DNA of 64,000 bases from Spirochaetia bacterium. Its GTDB lineage: Bacteria; Spirochaetota; Spirochaetia; SZUA-6; Bin103. Made by a program: the position numbers and the translations under genes. The stretch lies in NCBI GenBank assembly GCA_965203055.1, contig OZ241863.1, positions 384,001-448,000 of the forward strand, in the 5' to 3' direction. A model generated the notes under the pieces. That model was not told the DNA's origin and did not search any database. It saw only the letters and a program-made list of their open reading frames with translations. Position 1 is the stretch's first letter, and each line of letters starts with the position of its first letter. Of the stretch, positions 47,987-58,363 are shown in pieces.

Positions 47987-49728
47987 CTGTCATCGTCCTG
48001 ATGATGGTCCCTCAGGCGATGGCTGAGAAGGGGATGGCGCAAGCGGCGCAACGCCTTGGCTTCGATCTGCCGGATCCGCTCGCGGGTGACGTTGAATATC
48101 AGACCCACCTCCTCCAAGGTAAGCGAGTAGCCGTCAACCAACCCGAACCTCAGCTTGAGCACGTCCTGCTCCCGCTTCGGCAGCTTCCGGAGCACGGCGT
48201 CGAGCTGTTCCTGCAGCAGGGTGAACGCCGTCTGGTTGGCCGGGTTCTCGACGTCCTTGTCCTCGATGAAATCGCCGAGAATCGAGTCCTCCTCCTCTCC
48301 GATGGGGGTCTCCAGCGAGATCGGTTCCCGGGCCACGCCCTTTACCGACTTGATGCGCGTCTCCGACCAGCCGAGGCGCTCGGCAACTTCCTCGTCGGTC
48401 GGCTCGCGGCCGAGCACCTGCATGAGCTGGCGCGACTCCCGCACCACCTTGTTGATCTGTTCGATCATGTGCACCGGAACGCGGATCGTCCGCGCCTGAT
48501 CGGAGATGGAACGGGTAATCGCCTGCCGAATCCACCACGTGGCGTAGGTGGAGAACTTGTAGCCCTTGCGGTACTCGAACTTCTCCACCGCCTTGATCAG
48601 GCCGATGTTGCCCTCCTGCACCAGATCGAAGAAATGCAGCCCGCGGTTGGTGTACTTCTTGGCAATGCTCACCACCAGCCGCAGGTTGGCCTGGATCAGC
48701 CGATCCTTGGCCCCCTTCATCATGACCCGGCCGTGCTCGATCTCCCGGGTCATGGCGAGGATCTCGTCGCAGGTCTGCTCGAACTCGTTCTCCAGGGCGG
48801 CCAGCTTGCGCTCGTTGACCTGGAAGATGCGGATCAGCTCCTTGATCTCCTCCGCCGACAGGCCCAGCTCCTCCTCGATGCGCGCCTGCTTGGCCTTCTG
48901 CGCCAGCCCGCGGCCGAGGTTGCGCAGCTCCCTGGCGTTCGCGACCCGCAACTGCTGCTCGATGTTGTCCTGGTCCTCGGTAATCCGGCGGATCTTGCGC
49001 GCCGCGCCGGCGAACAGCTCGGAGGCCTCGTTGATCTCGTCCTGGTGGAACGCGATGTTCTTGAGGGCGCGCAGAATCGGGGGGCGCAGCGCGGCCAGCC
49101 GATCGTTGCCGAGCACCGCGCCGCCTTCCTCCGAGATCTGCGACTTGGCGTCCAGGTAGCCCTTCAGACTGGCGTACAGCTCGCGGATCGTTTCCTTGTA
49201 CCAGGCGTTCAGCCGCCGGCGGTGGGCGAGGAACTCCGAGGCCTCCTTCTTGGTGAGGTTGAGCTCGCGCGGGTCGCGGGCGGAGCGGGCGCGCTCGGCA
49301 ATGTCGTAGAATTGCGGAATCAGGGCGCCGCTGGAGGTCAACACCTCCTTGATGATGTTCTCGCCGGTCTCCATCTCCTTCGACAGGCGCACCTCGTCCT
49401 CCGCGGTCAGCAGCGTCTCGCGGCCGATCTCGCGCAGGTACAGGCGGATCGGATCGTCCACCGCCGAGTCCTTGTCGCTGTAGACCAGCTTGCGGCTGGC
49501 CGCCGCCGGCGGCTTGTCGGTGTCGTCGGCGACCTCTTCGTCTTCCAGCTTGATGCCGTTCTTCTCCAGAATCGCCCCCACCTCGTCGATACGGTCGGAG
49601 TTGACGATCCAGTCCGGCAGGCGGTCACTCACCTCGTCGTAGGTCACCGTCTTCTTGTGGCGAGCGAAGTCCAGCAGACTTTCCACTACCGGTTCCTGCT
49701 CGAGATCGGTCACCGGTGGCGCTCTCAT
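47983..49728 (-). CDS. rpoD: RNA polymerase primary sigma factor
   Basis: [45 protein letters not shown]. Confidence 0.97.
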   Translation of the reverse strand: MRAPPVTDLEQEPVVESLLDFARHKKTVTYDEVSDRLPDWIVNSDRIDEVGAILEKNGIKLEDEEVADDTDKPPAAASRKLVYSDKDSAVDDPIRLYLREIGRETLLTAEDEVRLSKEMETGENIIKEVLTSSGALIPQFYDIAERARSARDPRELNLTKKEASEFLAHRRRLNAWYKETIRELYASLKGYLDAKSQISEEGGAVLGNDRLAALRPPILRALKNIAFHQDEINEASELFAGAARKIRRITEDQDNIEQQLRVANARELRNLGRGLAQKAKQARIEEELGLSAEEIKELIRIFQVNERKLAALENEFEQTCDEILAMTREIEHGRVMMKGAKDRLIQANLRLVVSIAKKYTNRGLHFFDLVQEGNIGLIKAVEKFEYRKGYKFSTYATWWIRQAITRSISDQARTIRVPVHMIEQINKVVRESRQLMQVLGREPTDEEVAERLGWSETRIKSVKGVAREPISLETPIGEEEDSILGDFIEDKDVENPANQTAFTLLQEQLDAVLRKLPKREQDVLKLRFGLVDGYSLTLEEVGLIFNVTRERIRQIEAKALRRLRHPLLSHRLRDHHQDDDR

Positions 49729-51596
49729 CGAGACACCTCCTCCCCGCGCAGCTTGTTCAGCTCGCTGTCCAAATGGATCTTGTCGGCCAGCAGTTCAGTC
49801 ACCTCCCGCGCCGCGCCGGCGTGCTCCGCCTGGCGTACCTGCTCCAGCAGCCGGTCACGCTTGCGCTCCAGCGCCTGAGACTTCACGCGGCGGATCCCGT
49901 CATTGACGTAGACCTCGGCGTTGACGGTAAATTCGTCACTGCCCAGCTTCTGGGCAACCAGCGCGCGCAGCCTGGGTGATTCCAGGCGCAGCAACAGATT
50001 CTCGGTGTCGTTCTGAGCGTTCCGATAGCAATCCTCCAACGCAATGTACAGGGCGCGCGCGTGCGCGTCCGCCAATTCATCGACCTCCAGCCGCGCGCGC
50101 GTTACGACAAACAGCTCCCGGTTCACGGCTACCGCCAGCATCAGCCGCAGTTCCGACTCCTCCGCTACCGCGCCCGGGTCGGCATCGGCGGCGTCCGGCG
50201 CCGGCGGACGCCGCCGGACGCCGGCCGGAGCGGCGACGCGCCGCCGGAACTCGGCGCGCACGGTATCGTAGTCCAACCGCAGGTGCGCCGCCGCCTCCTG
50301 CAGCAGCGCCTCGCGGGCAATCGCCGATTCGACCTCGCTCACGTAGGGATAGAGGTCGCCAAACGCCTGCTCCTTGCCCTGCGCGGTGCTCAGGTCCTTG
50401 CCGGCGCAGGCCGCCTGAATCATGTATCGGGATGCTGTTATAGGCGATTGCAGCAGGTGCTGCAACTCACTTGCCGCGCCCGCGGCCACCAGGTCCGCCG
50501 GGTCGCGCTGCGCGGGCAGCGGCGCCACCGTTGCCGGCACCTCCTGCCGGGCCAGCTCGCGCAGCGAGCGCAGCGCCGCGCCGTGGCCGGCGCTGTCGGC
50601 ATCGAACATCACCACCGCCCCCAGCCGATAGCGCTTCAGCAGACGCGCGTGCGCGGCGCCGAACGCCGTCCCCAACGTGGCCACCGCCGGCACCCCGAGA
50701 CCGGTAAGGGCAATCACGTCGGTGTAGCCCTCCACCACCACTACCCGCGGCTCGGCGGCGAACGCCCCCGCCACCTCCCCGGCGCCCGCCGGTTCCTCCG
50801 CCGCGGTGGGCGCCGCGCCGCCCCGCCGGGCGGCGCGCAGCAACGGCAGCGCGTGGTTCAACCCGAACATCTGCTCCTGCTTGCGAAAGAAGGGGGTCTC
50901 GGCGGAGTTGACGTACTTCGGAACTCCCTCCGCGGCAAGCGTGCGGCCGCCAAACGCGAGCACCTCGCCGCGCGCGTTGACGATTGGAAACATCAGGCGG
51001 GCGCGAAACAGGGCAGGGAGGTCCTGTCCGCCGCCGCCGCGGCGCCCGAACAGACCGGACTGGGCCAGGAACTGAGCGGAAAACTGCTTGCCGCGCAGGA
51101 AGCGCAGCAGCCAGCCGCGCTCCGCCGGCGCCCAGCCCAGCTTGAAGGCCGCCGCCGCCTGCTGCCCGATGCCGCGTTGCGCCAGGTAGGCGCGGGCGGC
51201 TGCGGCCTCGGCGGAGGTGCGCAGCACGTGCCGGAAGGTGTCCGCGAGGCGGCGGTTGAGCTCCACGTACTCGCGCCGGGTAATCGCTCCGGCCGGCCGT
51301 TGCTCGGTCTCGAGCTGGACGCCGGCGCGCTCCGCCAGCATGCGCACCGCCTCGGGGAACGAGAGCTGCTCCACGTCCATCACGAACTGGATCAACCCGC
51401 CGCCCTTGCCGCAGCCGAAGCAGTAGAACGCCGACTTGTCGGGCGACACGGTGAACGACGGGGTCTTCTCGGTGTGGAACGGACACAGCCCCCAGTGGCG
51501 GCCGCCGCGCGGCCGCAGCGCCGTGTACTCCGCCACCACGTCGACGATTTCGAGCCGGTCGACGATCTGGGCGATCTGCGCCTCAGGAATGCGCAC
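49725..51596 (-). CDS. dnaG: DNA primase
   Basis: CPFH..KTPSF..CFGC zinc domain, PKYVNS, VEGYTD, FDADSAG. Confidence 0.96.
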   Translation of the reverse strand: MRIPEAQIAQIVDRLEIVDVVAEYTALRPRGGRHWGLCPFHTEKTPSFTVSPDKSAFYCFGCGKGGGLIQFVMDVEQLSFPEAVRMLAERAGVQLETEQRPAGAITRREYVELNRRLADTFRHVLRTSAEAAAARAYLAQRGIGQQAAAAFKLGWAPAERGWLLRFLRGKQFSAQFLAQSGLFGRRGGGGQDLPALFRARLMFPIVNARGEVLAFGGRTLAAEGVPKYVNSAETPFFRKQEQMFGLNHALPLLRAARRGGAAPTAAEEPAGAGEVAGAFAAEPRVVVVEGYTDVIALTGLGVPAVATLGTAFGAAHARLLKRYRLGAVVMFDADSAGHGAALRSLRELARQEVPATVAPLPAQRDPADLVAAGAASELQHLLQSPITASRYMIQAACAGKDLSTAQGKEQAFGDLYPYVSEVESAIAREALLQEAAAHLRLDYDTVRAEFRRRVAAPAGVRRRPPAPDAADADPGAVAEESELRLMLAVAVNRELFVVTRARLEVDELADAHARALYIALEDCYRNAQNDTENLLLRLESPRLRALVAQKLGSDEFTVNAEVYVNDGIRRVKSQALERKRDRLLEQVRQAEHAGAAREVTELLADKIHLDSELNKLRGEEVSR

Positions 51597-52650
51597 GGCC
51601 CGGGGACTGAGCGACTTGCTTCAGGTAGACGAACTTCGCCTCCGAGTGCTCGCTCAGGACACTGGAGAAGTGATGCGACCCGGTGTCCGGATCCTTGACC
51701 ACGAAGTACCGGAAGTCGGTTTCCGCCGGCTGCAGCGCGGCCTGCAGGGCGACGAGCCCCGGATTGGCGATCGGGGCCGGCGGCAGTCCCCGGCGCCGGT
51801 AGGTGTTGAACTCCGATTGGATATCCAGATCCGCCTCGTAGATGCGCTTCGGGTGGGCGGCTCCCTGCAGCTCGGTAATGATGTAGACGATGGTGGCGCA
51901 CGATTCCAGGCGCGCGTTGCTCCGCAGCCGGTTGACGAACACCGACGCAATGATCGGCGCTTCGCTCGCTACCCGATACTCGCGCTCGATGATGGAGGCC
52001 AGGATCACCGTATCGTGCAGCGCGGGCGCCGCGGGCGCTGCGCCCGCGGGCTGAATCTGGGCCAGGCGGTCGAAGAAGGTATCGATCATGCGCCGCGCGG
52101 CCGCTTCGGCGCCGTATCCGCGCGGGAAGTGGTAGGTATCGGGAAACAGATAGCCTTCGGCGCTGCCGGCCTCGACTCCGTAGCTGCGCATCAACTCCGG
52201 GGAGTTCACCGCGGCGCGGAATTCGGCGGCGGCGGTAATGCCGTGCTGCTCCAGATGGGCGGCGATCCTGGTGCTGGTCCAGCCCTCGGGAATCGTGACC
52301 CGCAGCGTGTCGTGCGCGCCGCCGTCTACCAGCAGCTCGAGGATCTCGCCGGCGGTGGCCCCCGCCGGCAGGCGAAAGTAGCCCGCCTGGATCGCCGTTT
52401 CAGCGCCGCGCGCCTTGGCCAGCGCCCGCAGCAGCAGCGGCGAGCGAATGAACCCCGCGCGGTGCAGGCGGTGCGCTACGCCGGTCAGGGACTCGCCGGA
52501 CTGCACGGTGAACAACTGCGCCGCGGGCGGGCTGCCCGGCGCCTGATTCAGGTACCAGACGGCGGCCGCCGCGGCGCCCGCCAACAGCAGGGCGAGCGCC
52601 GCTAGGCGCCGCGACTGGTAAGAATGAACTCGACTCGTCGATTCTTCCAT
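51583..52650 (-). CDS. mltG: Endolytic transglycosylase MltG
   Basis: VTIPEG, EGYLFPDTY, LASIIERE, NTY...GLPPAPIANPG. Start approximate. Confidence 0.92.
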   Translation of the reverse strand: MEESTSRVHSYQSRRLAALALLLAGAAAAAVWYLNQAPGSPPAAQLFTVQSGESLTGVAHRLHRAGFIRSPLLLRALAKARGAETAIQAGYFRLPAGATAGEILELLVDGGAHDTLRVTIPEGWTSTRIAAHLEQHGITAAAEFRAAVNSPELMRSYGVEAGSAEGYLFPDTYHFPRGYGAEAAARRMIDTFFDRLAQIQPAGAAPAAPALHDTVILASIIEREYRVASEAPIIASVFVNRLRSNARLESCATIVYIITELQGAAHPKRIYEADLDIQSEFNTYRRRGLPPAPIANPGLVALQAALQPAETDFRYFVVKDPDTGSHHFSSVLSEHSEAKFVYLKQVAQSPGRAHS

Positions 52651-55600
52651 CGGTTCTGCTGATCCTCGAACGGCACCACCGGGTGCGCGCCGCCGACTCC
52701 TTCCGTGGTTATCCGGTCCGCGCTCACGCCCAAGGCCACCAACTCCCGCTTCACGGCCTCGGCGCGCACCGCGGACAGCGGCAGCAACACGTCCTGCTGC
52801 TCCTGCGCCGCCGCCGCCGCGTCCCCATAGAATACGCTGTTGGCGTGCCCCTCGATCAGGATGGTGTGGCCGAGGTTGGCGTTGAAGATCTCCCCCAGAC
52901 GCAAGATGGTGCGCGCGTTGCGTTCCGCCGCCTCGCCGCTCACCAGCGAAAGATCCGCGGAGTCGGGAGGAAAGGTAATGGCAGCGACGCGAATTCTCAA
53001 CTTGTCGCCGTCGCGGATCAGCAACACGTCCACCGGAATCAAGGCGTTGACGATCGCCGCGTTCCCCACCACGTCGCCTACCGCCAGAGCTACCGGGTAC
53101 TCCATCGCCGACTGCACCAGCTCCCCGCGGTCCGACAACCCGTTCCAGGTGATGCTGCCGGCGGGCGCGCCGCGGCCCGAGAAGGTGGTGAACGGGGCCC
53201 CCAGCGGATCGGCGATGGTCATGCTCCAGCCGGCGATCGGGCTGAGGTCGTCGATCGCGATCTCCAGGGTAAGCTCGTCGTTCACGCCGTCGGCGTCCGG
53301 CGAGAACGGTTGCGGCGCCAGCGCCAGCCGGACGCGCGGCGGGGTGCGGTCCAGGAAGAACGACGCCGAGCGCGCGCGCGGCCGGTTGCCCTTCAGGTAG
53401 TCGGCGGACACCTCGGCGACGTAGGCGCCCTCCGGCGCCGGCAGGCCGCGGTCGGTCAACCCGTCCCACACCACTCGTTCCGGCGCCGCTCCGGCGCCGC
53501 CCATGGCGCGCTGCGCCCCCTGCTCGGCATGGATGAGCCGCACCTCCCAGCTACGCATCCCGTTCAACTCCGCGGTGAGGCCGATGGCCTGGGTGTCGCG
53601 CACGTCGTCGCCGTTGGGGGAGAACGCTTCCGCTGCCAGCGTCGCGAACAGCGGCGTCGGCCGGCCGTCGACCTCGATGCCTTCCAGCACCGCGGTGGCG
53701 GCGTTGCCGGCCAAGTCGCGGCCGGTTACCCGGTAGGCGTAGGTTCCGTCCGGCACCACGTTGCCGTTCTCGTCATGGGCGTCCCAGGTGAAGTCGGCCA
53801 GTTCGCTGCGCCAGAAGAAGCTGCGTACCACGTTGCCGGCCCCGTCGATGATCTCCCCCTGCCACCGCTCCTCGCTGGTGGAGGATTGCCGTATCTGCAG
53901 CAGGTCGCGGCGGCCGTCACCGTCGGGCGACAGCAGCAGCAGGTCGGCGGTCAACTCCGCTTCCGGATATCCGGTATCGATCGTGAACGGCGGGCTGCTG
54001 GCGCTGGGGTTGTTGCCCTTGACGTAGGACACCTCCAGCGACCCGAAGTAGTCGCCGTCGGCGACCCGATCGCCGGCGTCGTCGATGCCGTCCCAGATGA
54101 TCTGCTCGGGCACGCCGCCGCGGCCCGAAAGAGTACGCACCACCGGCGCCGCGGCCGGGTCGCCGCGCCCGGCATGGATGCGCAGGGTATAGCGTTCGAT
54201 CCCCTCGCTGTCGTCCAACCTCGGCAGCAGCATCACGTGGTCGGCGACGCCGTCGGAGTTGGGCGAGAAGTGGGTGGCGCTGGTGGTCATGAATACCGCG
54301 GTATCGCCGGTGTCGATACGCAGGTCGATGGCATTGGAGCGGCCTTCGTTGCCGGCGGCGTCGCGCGCCGCCAGGGTATAGCGGTAGGTGCCGTCGGCGG
54401 TCGGGCGGCCGTCGGCGCGGCGTCCGTCCCAGGTATAGCTGGCCGCGGGGCTGCCGCGCCAGGTCCTGGTATGGACCACGGTACCGTCCGCGTCGCGCAC
54501 GGTGGCGGTCCACACCGCCTCGTCGTAGCTCTCATGGACCACCGTCACCGTGTCCTTGATGCCATCTCCGTTCGGCGAAAATACCGTCAGGTCCGCCTTG
54601 ATGACCGCGGCCGGCGCCGTGAGATCGATGACCAGATCGGGCGGCGCGGCCTGCGGCCGATTGCCGCTGGCGTAGACCAGGTCCAGATGCGCGTGGTAGC
54701 GGCCCTCGGGCAGGACGCGGCCGACGGAGTCGCGGCCGTCGAAGACCAGTTCCTCCGGCACGAGCGCGCCGCCGCCGAAGCGGCGCACCACCTCGTCGGC
54801 GGCGTTGCGCACCACCAGTTCCCAGCGCTCGACGCCGGACCGCACCGGGACCTCCAACCGATAGCTGGTGCGGTCATTGCGGCCGTCGCCGTTGGGCGAG
54901 ATGTGTGCGTCGGTGATCCGCACCGCGACCGGTGTGGCCTGCGTACTGATCACGATGTTGCTGAGCCGCGCCGCCGCCGTGTTGCCGGCGCGGTCGGTAG
55001 CGAACAGACGGTAGCTGTAGACGCCGTCGGCGGCCGGGCTGCCGTCGGCGCGCCGGCCATCCCACGACACCGCGGCGGGCGCCGCGCCGTCCCACACGAA
55101 GTCCGCCACCGGCGCGCCGGACGCATCGAGCACCTGCGCCTGCCAGCGCTCTTCGGCGGAGACCTGTTGCTCGATGGTCAGGGTGTCATTGTGGCCGTCG
55201 CCGTTGGGCGAGAACGTCAGTACTTCGGCGCGCGCGGAAGCCTGCGGCGGAGTGTTGTCCACGATCACGGTACGGAGCCTGCTCCGGGCGTGGTTGCCGC
55301 GATCGTCCCACGCTTCCAGGTAGTACCGGTAGGTGCCGTCGGGGACGACGTTGCCGCCGGAGGAGCGGCCGTCCCAACGCAGGGAATCGGGCACCTCGAT
55401 CCCGGTGCGGACGGCAAACAACCGTTCGACCGCGTCCGGTACGCCGGGCGCTTCCGGCTGCCAGTCGCGGTTGCGGATCATGCGGACCACGTTGCCGTCC
55501 GCGTCTTCGATTACCAGTTCGAAGCCCGCCACCAGGCCGCTGTCGACGATGCTGATCGGCAGGATCAGATCATCCTGCACGCCGTCCAGGTTGGGGGAGC

Positions 55601-56684
55601 GGTAGGTTACCTCGGGGCTGTCGATGACGATCGCCGGCGGCTCCGGATCGACGCCGCCCAGGGCCACCCCGGCGCCCAACCCGACGCCCCACAGCTCTTT
55701 GTCCAACGGCGCCGCCGCCACCTGAACCCGCACCTCGCCGGGCGTAGCGGCGCGTTCTTCCGGCGCGGCCCCCAGCGCCGGCGCGTCGAAGCCGAAGCTG
55801 ACGTCGATCCCGAAGCCGGGGCCTCTGCCGGGGGCCCGGTCTCCTACCGCGCCCCCGAACACCGTAACCGGGTAATGGGCCATCAGCCGCAGCACGTCGC
55901 CGATCGCCAGTTCCGCGCCCAGCTCCAGCTTCAGCGCCTGGAGGGTGGGCGCCCAAATGTCGAACTTGGCCCCTACCGACACCTCCTCGTTCGCCAGCGG
56001 GTAGACCGCTACCCCCGCGGCCAGGGTGAACGGCGGCGCGTAGACCTCATACTCGTCCGATTCTTCGCCGACCCCCAGGCCGATCCCGCGGAAGGCAAAC
56101 CCCCAGCTCAGATCCTGCAGCGGCCCGACGGCGCCCACCTGGTGCAGCAATCCAAGGTCGAGCCCGAGGCCGAAGGCGAATCCTTCGCTGCGGTGTTCGC
56201 TGCCCATCAGCAGGCCGGCGCCGGCCCCCACCGAGAAACCGCGGTACAGCTCTCTGGCGAACGACGCGTGCAGGGCGCCCATCGGCCCAAAGGACCACTT
56301 GGGCAACTTCGAGCCGAAGTAGTGGGCGCTGAATCCCCAGGTCCCGGCCGGGGTGGGGACGCTGGCGCCGGCGCTTACCGCGTGGCCGAGCTTTTGGCCC
56401 TGCGTCACCGGAACCAGAGCGGTGTAGCCCAGATCGAAGTTCAAGCGTTGATCGACGGCGGTGACGGCCGGATTGAGGACGTGGGCGGTGGACACGCCGG
56501 TCGTGGTGACGTGGCGCCCGCCGGCCAGCAGAGCGGGCGCGTACAGGGAAAGCAGGTCGCCGCTGTGGGGCACGCCGCCGGCCAGCCCAGCCACCAGCGG
56601 CAGCGCGGCGCCAAGCAGCAGGCGCAGGCGCCCGGCAACGTGGATTCTTCGCGGCGGCGAATGGCGGCGACTTCGGGTGCTCAT
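52602..56684 (-). CDS. Large outer-membrane protein: beta-barrel-like N-terminus, about 8 FlgD-Ig/CHU_C-like repeats, C-terminal OmpA domain
   Basis: Repeated (F/I/L)SP(N/D)xDG...W(D/N)G..G...P(D/E)G.Y.Y units; IEGHAN, LSAVRAEAV, NRRVEF. Confidence 0.85.
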   Translation of the reverse strand: MSTRSRRHSPPRRIHVAGRLRLLLGAALPLVAGLAGGVPHSGDLLSLYAPALLAGGRHVTTTGVSTAHVLNPAVTAVDQRLNFDLGYTALVPVTQGQKLGHAVSAGASVPTPAGTWGFSAHYFGSKLPKWSFGPMGALHASFARELYRGFSVGAGAGLLMGSEHRSEGFAFGLGLDLGLLHQVGAVGPLQDLSWGFAFRGIGLGVGEESDEYEVYAPPFTLAAGVAVYPLANEEVSVGAKFDIWAPTLQALKLELGAELAIGDVLRLMAHYPVTVFGGAVGDRAPGRGPGFGIDVSFGFDAPALGAAPEERAATPGEVRVQVAAAPLDKELWGVGLGAGVALGGVDPEPPAIVIDSPEVTYRSPNLDGVQDDLILPISIVDSGLVAGFELVIEDADGNVVRMIRNRDWQPEAPGVPDAVERLFAVRTGIEVPDSLRWDGRSSGGNVVPDGTYRYYLEAWDDRGNHARSRLRTVIVDNTPPQASARAEVLTFSPNGDGHNDTLTIEQQVSAEERWQAQVLDASGAPVADFVWDGAAPAAVSWDGRRADGSPAADGVYSYRLFATDRAGNTAAARLSNIVISTQATPVAVRITDAHISPNGDGRNDRTSYRLEVPVRSGVERWELVVRNAADEVVRRFGGGALVPEELVFDGRDSVGRVLPEGRYHAHLDLVYASGNRPQAAPPDLVIDLTAPAAVIKADLTVFSPNGDGIKDTVTVVHESYDEAVWTATVRDADGTVVHTRTWRGSPAASYTWDGRRADGRPTADGTYRYTLAARDAAGNEGRSNAIDLRIDTGDTAVFMTTSATHFSPNSDGVADHVMLLPRLDDSEGIERYTLRIHAGRGDPAAAPVVRTLSGRGGVPEQIIWDGIDDAGDRVADGDYFGSLEVSYVKGNNPSASSPPFTIDTGYPEAELTADLLLLSPDGDGRRDLLQIRQSSTSEERWQGEIIDGAGNVVRSFFWRSELADFTWDAHDENGNVVPDGTYAYRVTGRDLAGNAATAVLEGIEVDGRPTPLFATLAAEAFSPNGDDVRDTQAIGLTAELNGMRSWEVRLIHAEQGAQRAMGGAGAAPERVVWDGLTDRGLPAPEGAYVAEVSADYLKGNRPRARSASFFLDRTPPRVRLALAPQPFSPDADGVNDELTLEIAIDDLSPIAGWSMTIADPLGAPFTTFSGRGAPAGSITWNGLSDRGELVQSAMEYPVALAVGDVVGNAAIVNALIPVDVLLIRDGDKLRIRVAAITFPPDSADLSLVSGEAAERNARTILRLGEIFNANLGHTILIEGHANSVFYGDAAAAAQEQQDVLLPLSAVRAEAVKRELVALGVSADRITTEGVGGAHPVVPFEDQQNRWKNRRVEFILTSRGA

Positions 56685-56784
56685 CGCGTCTCTGACCAGG
56701 GCGTGCCCTACGCGCCGCGTACGCCGCAGCCGGCCTACGCGGCGCGTCCCCGGCGGGCGCCGCCGGCCGCCGGCCGCCGGCGCT

Positions 56785-57270
56785 TCACCCGTCCGCCGCG
56801 CCGGGCTGCGAATCACTCGGCGGCGCGCGGTCGACGGCGAGCAGCGGCTCCTCCGCCCGCCGCGCCAGCCAGTAGTCGATCTCGAGCGCACTGCGCAGCG
56901 GCCCCACACCGATGCCCGGACAATCTCGTGCGGCCGCGTCCCAGTTCTCCTGATCGACCAGTTGCGAGGCCCAGAACGGGAAGCTGCGGCACTGCAGCGG
57001 CCGCCCCGGATACACCGCGCACCCGCCCTCTCCCCAGAACACGCAATCGTAATCGGCGCGTTCCCGCAGGCTCAGGCGCGTGGCGCCGCCCCACTGCACC
57101 TCGCGACAGTGGCGCGCCCGCACCTCTTCCGGGGTCAGCCCCAGGAAGGCGGCGAGTTGCTCCAGGTCGTTGCGCGACAGAAACACGTAGCCAGGCTGAT
57201 GCCGGCAGCAACGCTGGCAGCGCGTACAGTCGAAGCGCAACCCGCCGGCGTAGAACCGGCCCTCATCCAT
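56785..57270 (-). CDS. YkgJ family cysteine-cluster protein
   Basis: CTRCQRCC, CVFW, CAVY..RPLQCRSFPFW, CPG. Confidence 0.9.
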   Translation of the reverse strand: MDEGRFYAGGLRFDCTRCQRCCRHQPGYVFLSRNDLEQLAAFLGLTPEEVRARHCREVQWGGATRLSLRERADYDCVFWGEGGCAVYPGRPLQCRSFPFWASQLVDQENWDAAARDCPGIGVGPLRSALEIDYWLARRAEEPLLAVDRAPPSDSQPGAADG

Positions 57271-57286
57271 GGCGGTCGAACTCAAT

Positions 57287-57368
57287 TGGGGAGAGCAGGA
57301 TTCGAACCTGCGAAGGCGCTGCCAACAGATTTACAGTCTGCCCCCTTTGGCCACTCGGGAATCTCCCC
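57287..57368 (-). tRNA. tRNA-Tyr(GTA)
   Basis: GGGGAGATTCCCGAGTGGCCAAAGGGGGCAGACTGTAAATCTG...GGTTCGAATCCTGCTCTCCCCA; long variable arm; no encoded CCA. Confidence 0.96.
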
Positions 57369-57430
57369 CTGCGCCCGGGACGGCCGGTGCGGCCGCCCCG
57401 CGGGTGCGATAACCCACATTGATCGGCAAT

Positions 57431-57460
57431 GCTATACCGTCAGGCGCACGTCATTGTCAA
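57431..57460 (-). promoter_or_regulatory. Putative sigma70 promoter for tRNA-Tyr
   Basis: TTGACA (57460-57455), 18 nt, TATAGC. Confidence 0.5.
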
Positions 57461-57477
57461 CCGATCGTCAACCGGCA

Positions 57478-57550
57478 AGCCACCTGTCGGATTCGAACCG
57501 ACGACCTCGAGATTACAAGTCACGCGCTCTGCCAACTGAGCCAAGGTGGC
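57478..57550 (-). tRNA. tRNA-Thr(TGT)
   Basis: GCCACCTTGGCTCAGTTGGCAGAGCGCGTGACTTGTAATCTCG...GGTTCGAATCCGACAGGTGGCT; no encoded CCA. Confidence 0.96.
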
Positions 57551-57558
57551 GTAGGATG

Positions 57559-57567
57559 AGTATAGCA
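57559..57567 (-). promoter_or_regulatory. Extended -10 promoter for tRNA-Thr
   Basis: TGcTATACT 8 nt upstream of the tRNA 5' end. Confidence 0.6.
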
Positions 57568-57586
57568 TACCCGGGAGGCGCGGGAT

Positions 57587-57955
57587 TCAGGACCGGGCAG
57601 CCTCCTCCAGGTCGGGGCGCAGGCGTTGCGCGCCATTCAGGTAGACCGGCTGCGGGCGCTCGCCGCGCGGCGTGTCGTAGGTCACCAGCAGGCGCACGAC
57701 GCGCGCCATCTGCCCGTCGACCGCGGCTTCCTGCACGCAGAACAGCGGGACCTCGCCGAATCGGTCCAGACGCAGGCCGGTCGCCGGATTCGCAACCGTG
57801 AGATCTGGGGTCAGCGAGCAGATGATGGAGATGATCCGCTCGATCTCGATCTGATTTCGGGCGACGATCTCCCCCGCCAGCTTGACCGCCGCGGCGTGGA
57901 TCGCCTGTTTGTCATTGGCGCCCACCCGAATGGCGCCGCGTACCGCCACTACCAC
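57587..57955 (-). CDS. aroH: Chorismate mutase, AroH class
   Basis: AVRGAI, TPDL...NPA, VPLFC.QE, VRLL, VYL.GA..LRPDL. Confidence 0.92.
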   Translation of the reverse strand: MVVAVRGAIRVGANDKQAIHAAAVKLAGEIVARNQIEIERIISIICSLTPDLTVANPATGLRLDRFGEVPLFCVQEAAVDGQMARVVRLLVTYDTPRGERPQPVYLNGAQRLRPDLEEAARS

Positions 57956-57982
57956 GTCAACTCCGATTGTAGCGCCCCGGCC

Positions 57983-58342
57983 TCAGAGTTGAAACCAGAT
58001 CAGCAGGTACATCGAGGCCAGCACCATCGCCGCGGCAAACAGCGTGGCGAGCAGGGTGGCGAGCAGCCGCAGCAGCGGCAGCGAACCGGTCGCGCAGGCC
58101 CGCGCGATGCCATAGCAGAGCCGATAGGTCCCGGCGCCGGCGGCGGCGCCGGCGGCGAACTGCATGAGACGCAGCAACAGGAGTTGGGTCCGATCGAGAA
58201 ACTCCTGGACGTTGCCGAGCAGATACAGGGCGACGAAGATCAGCAGGTGGATGAAGGAGTACCAGAGGACCCGGCCACTGATCTCGCCGAGGGCCTTGAC
58301 CATGCCGCGCAGGTCCAGGCGCCACGGTTGCACCGCGCTCAA
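57983..58342 (-). CDS. Small membrane protein, unknown function
   Basis: Three hydrophobic segments; LYLLGNVQEFLD.TQL.LL. Start uncertain. Confidence 0.6.
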   Translation of the reverse strand: MSAVQPWRLDLRGMVKALGEISGRVLWYSFIHLLIFVALYLLGNVQEFLDRTQLLLLRLMQFAAGAAAGAGTYRLCYGIARACATGSLPLLRLLATLLATLFAAAMVLASMYLLIWFQL

Positions 58343-58363
58343 CGAATCCCCGATACTCGCGCC

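Noticed and set aside
52683..57422. 1579-aa plus-strand ORF and other long antisense ORFs (for example 1514..3112, 15197..17554, 26902..28809, 48001..49878)
   Set aside because: Shadow ORFs opposite well-supported genes, expected at high GC; no motifs, and this one crosses a tRNA.
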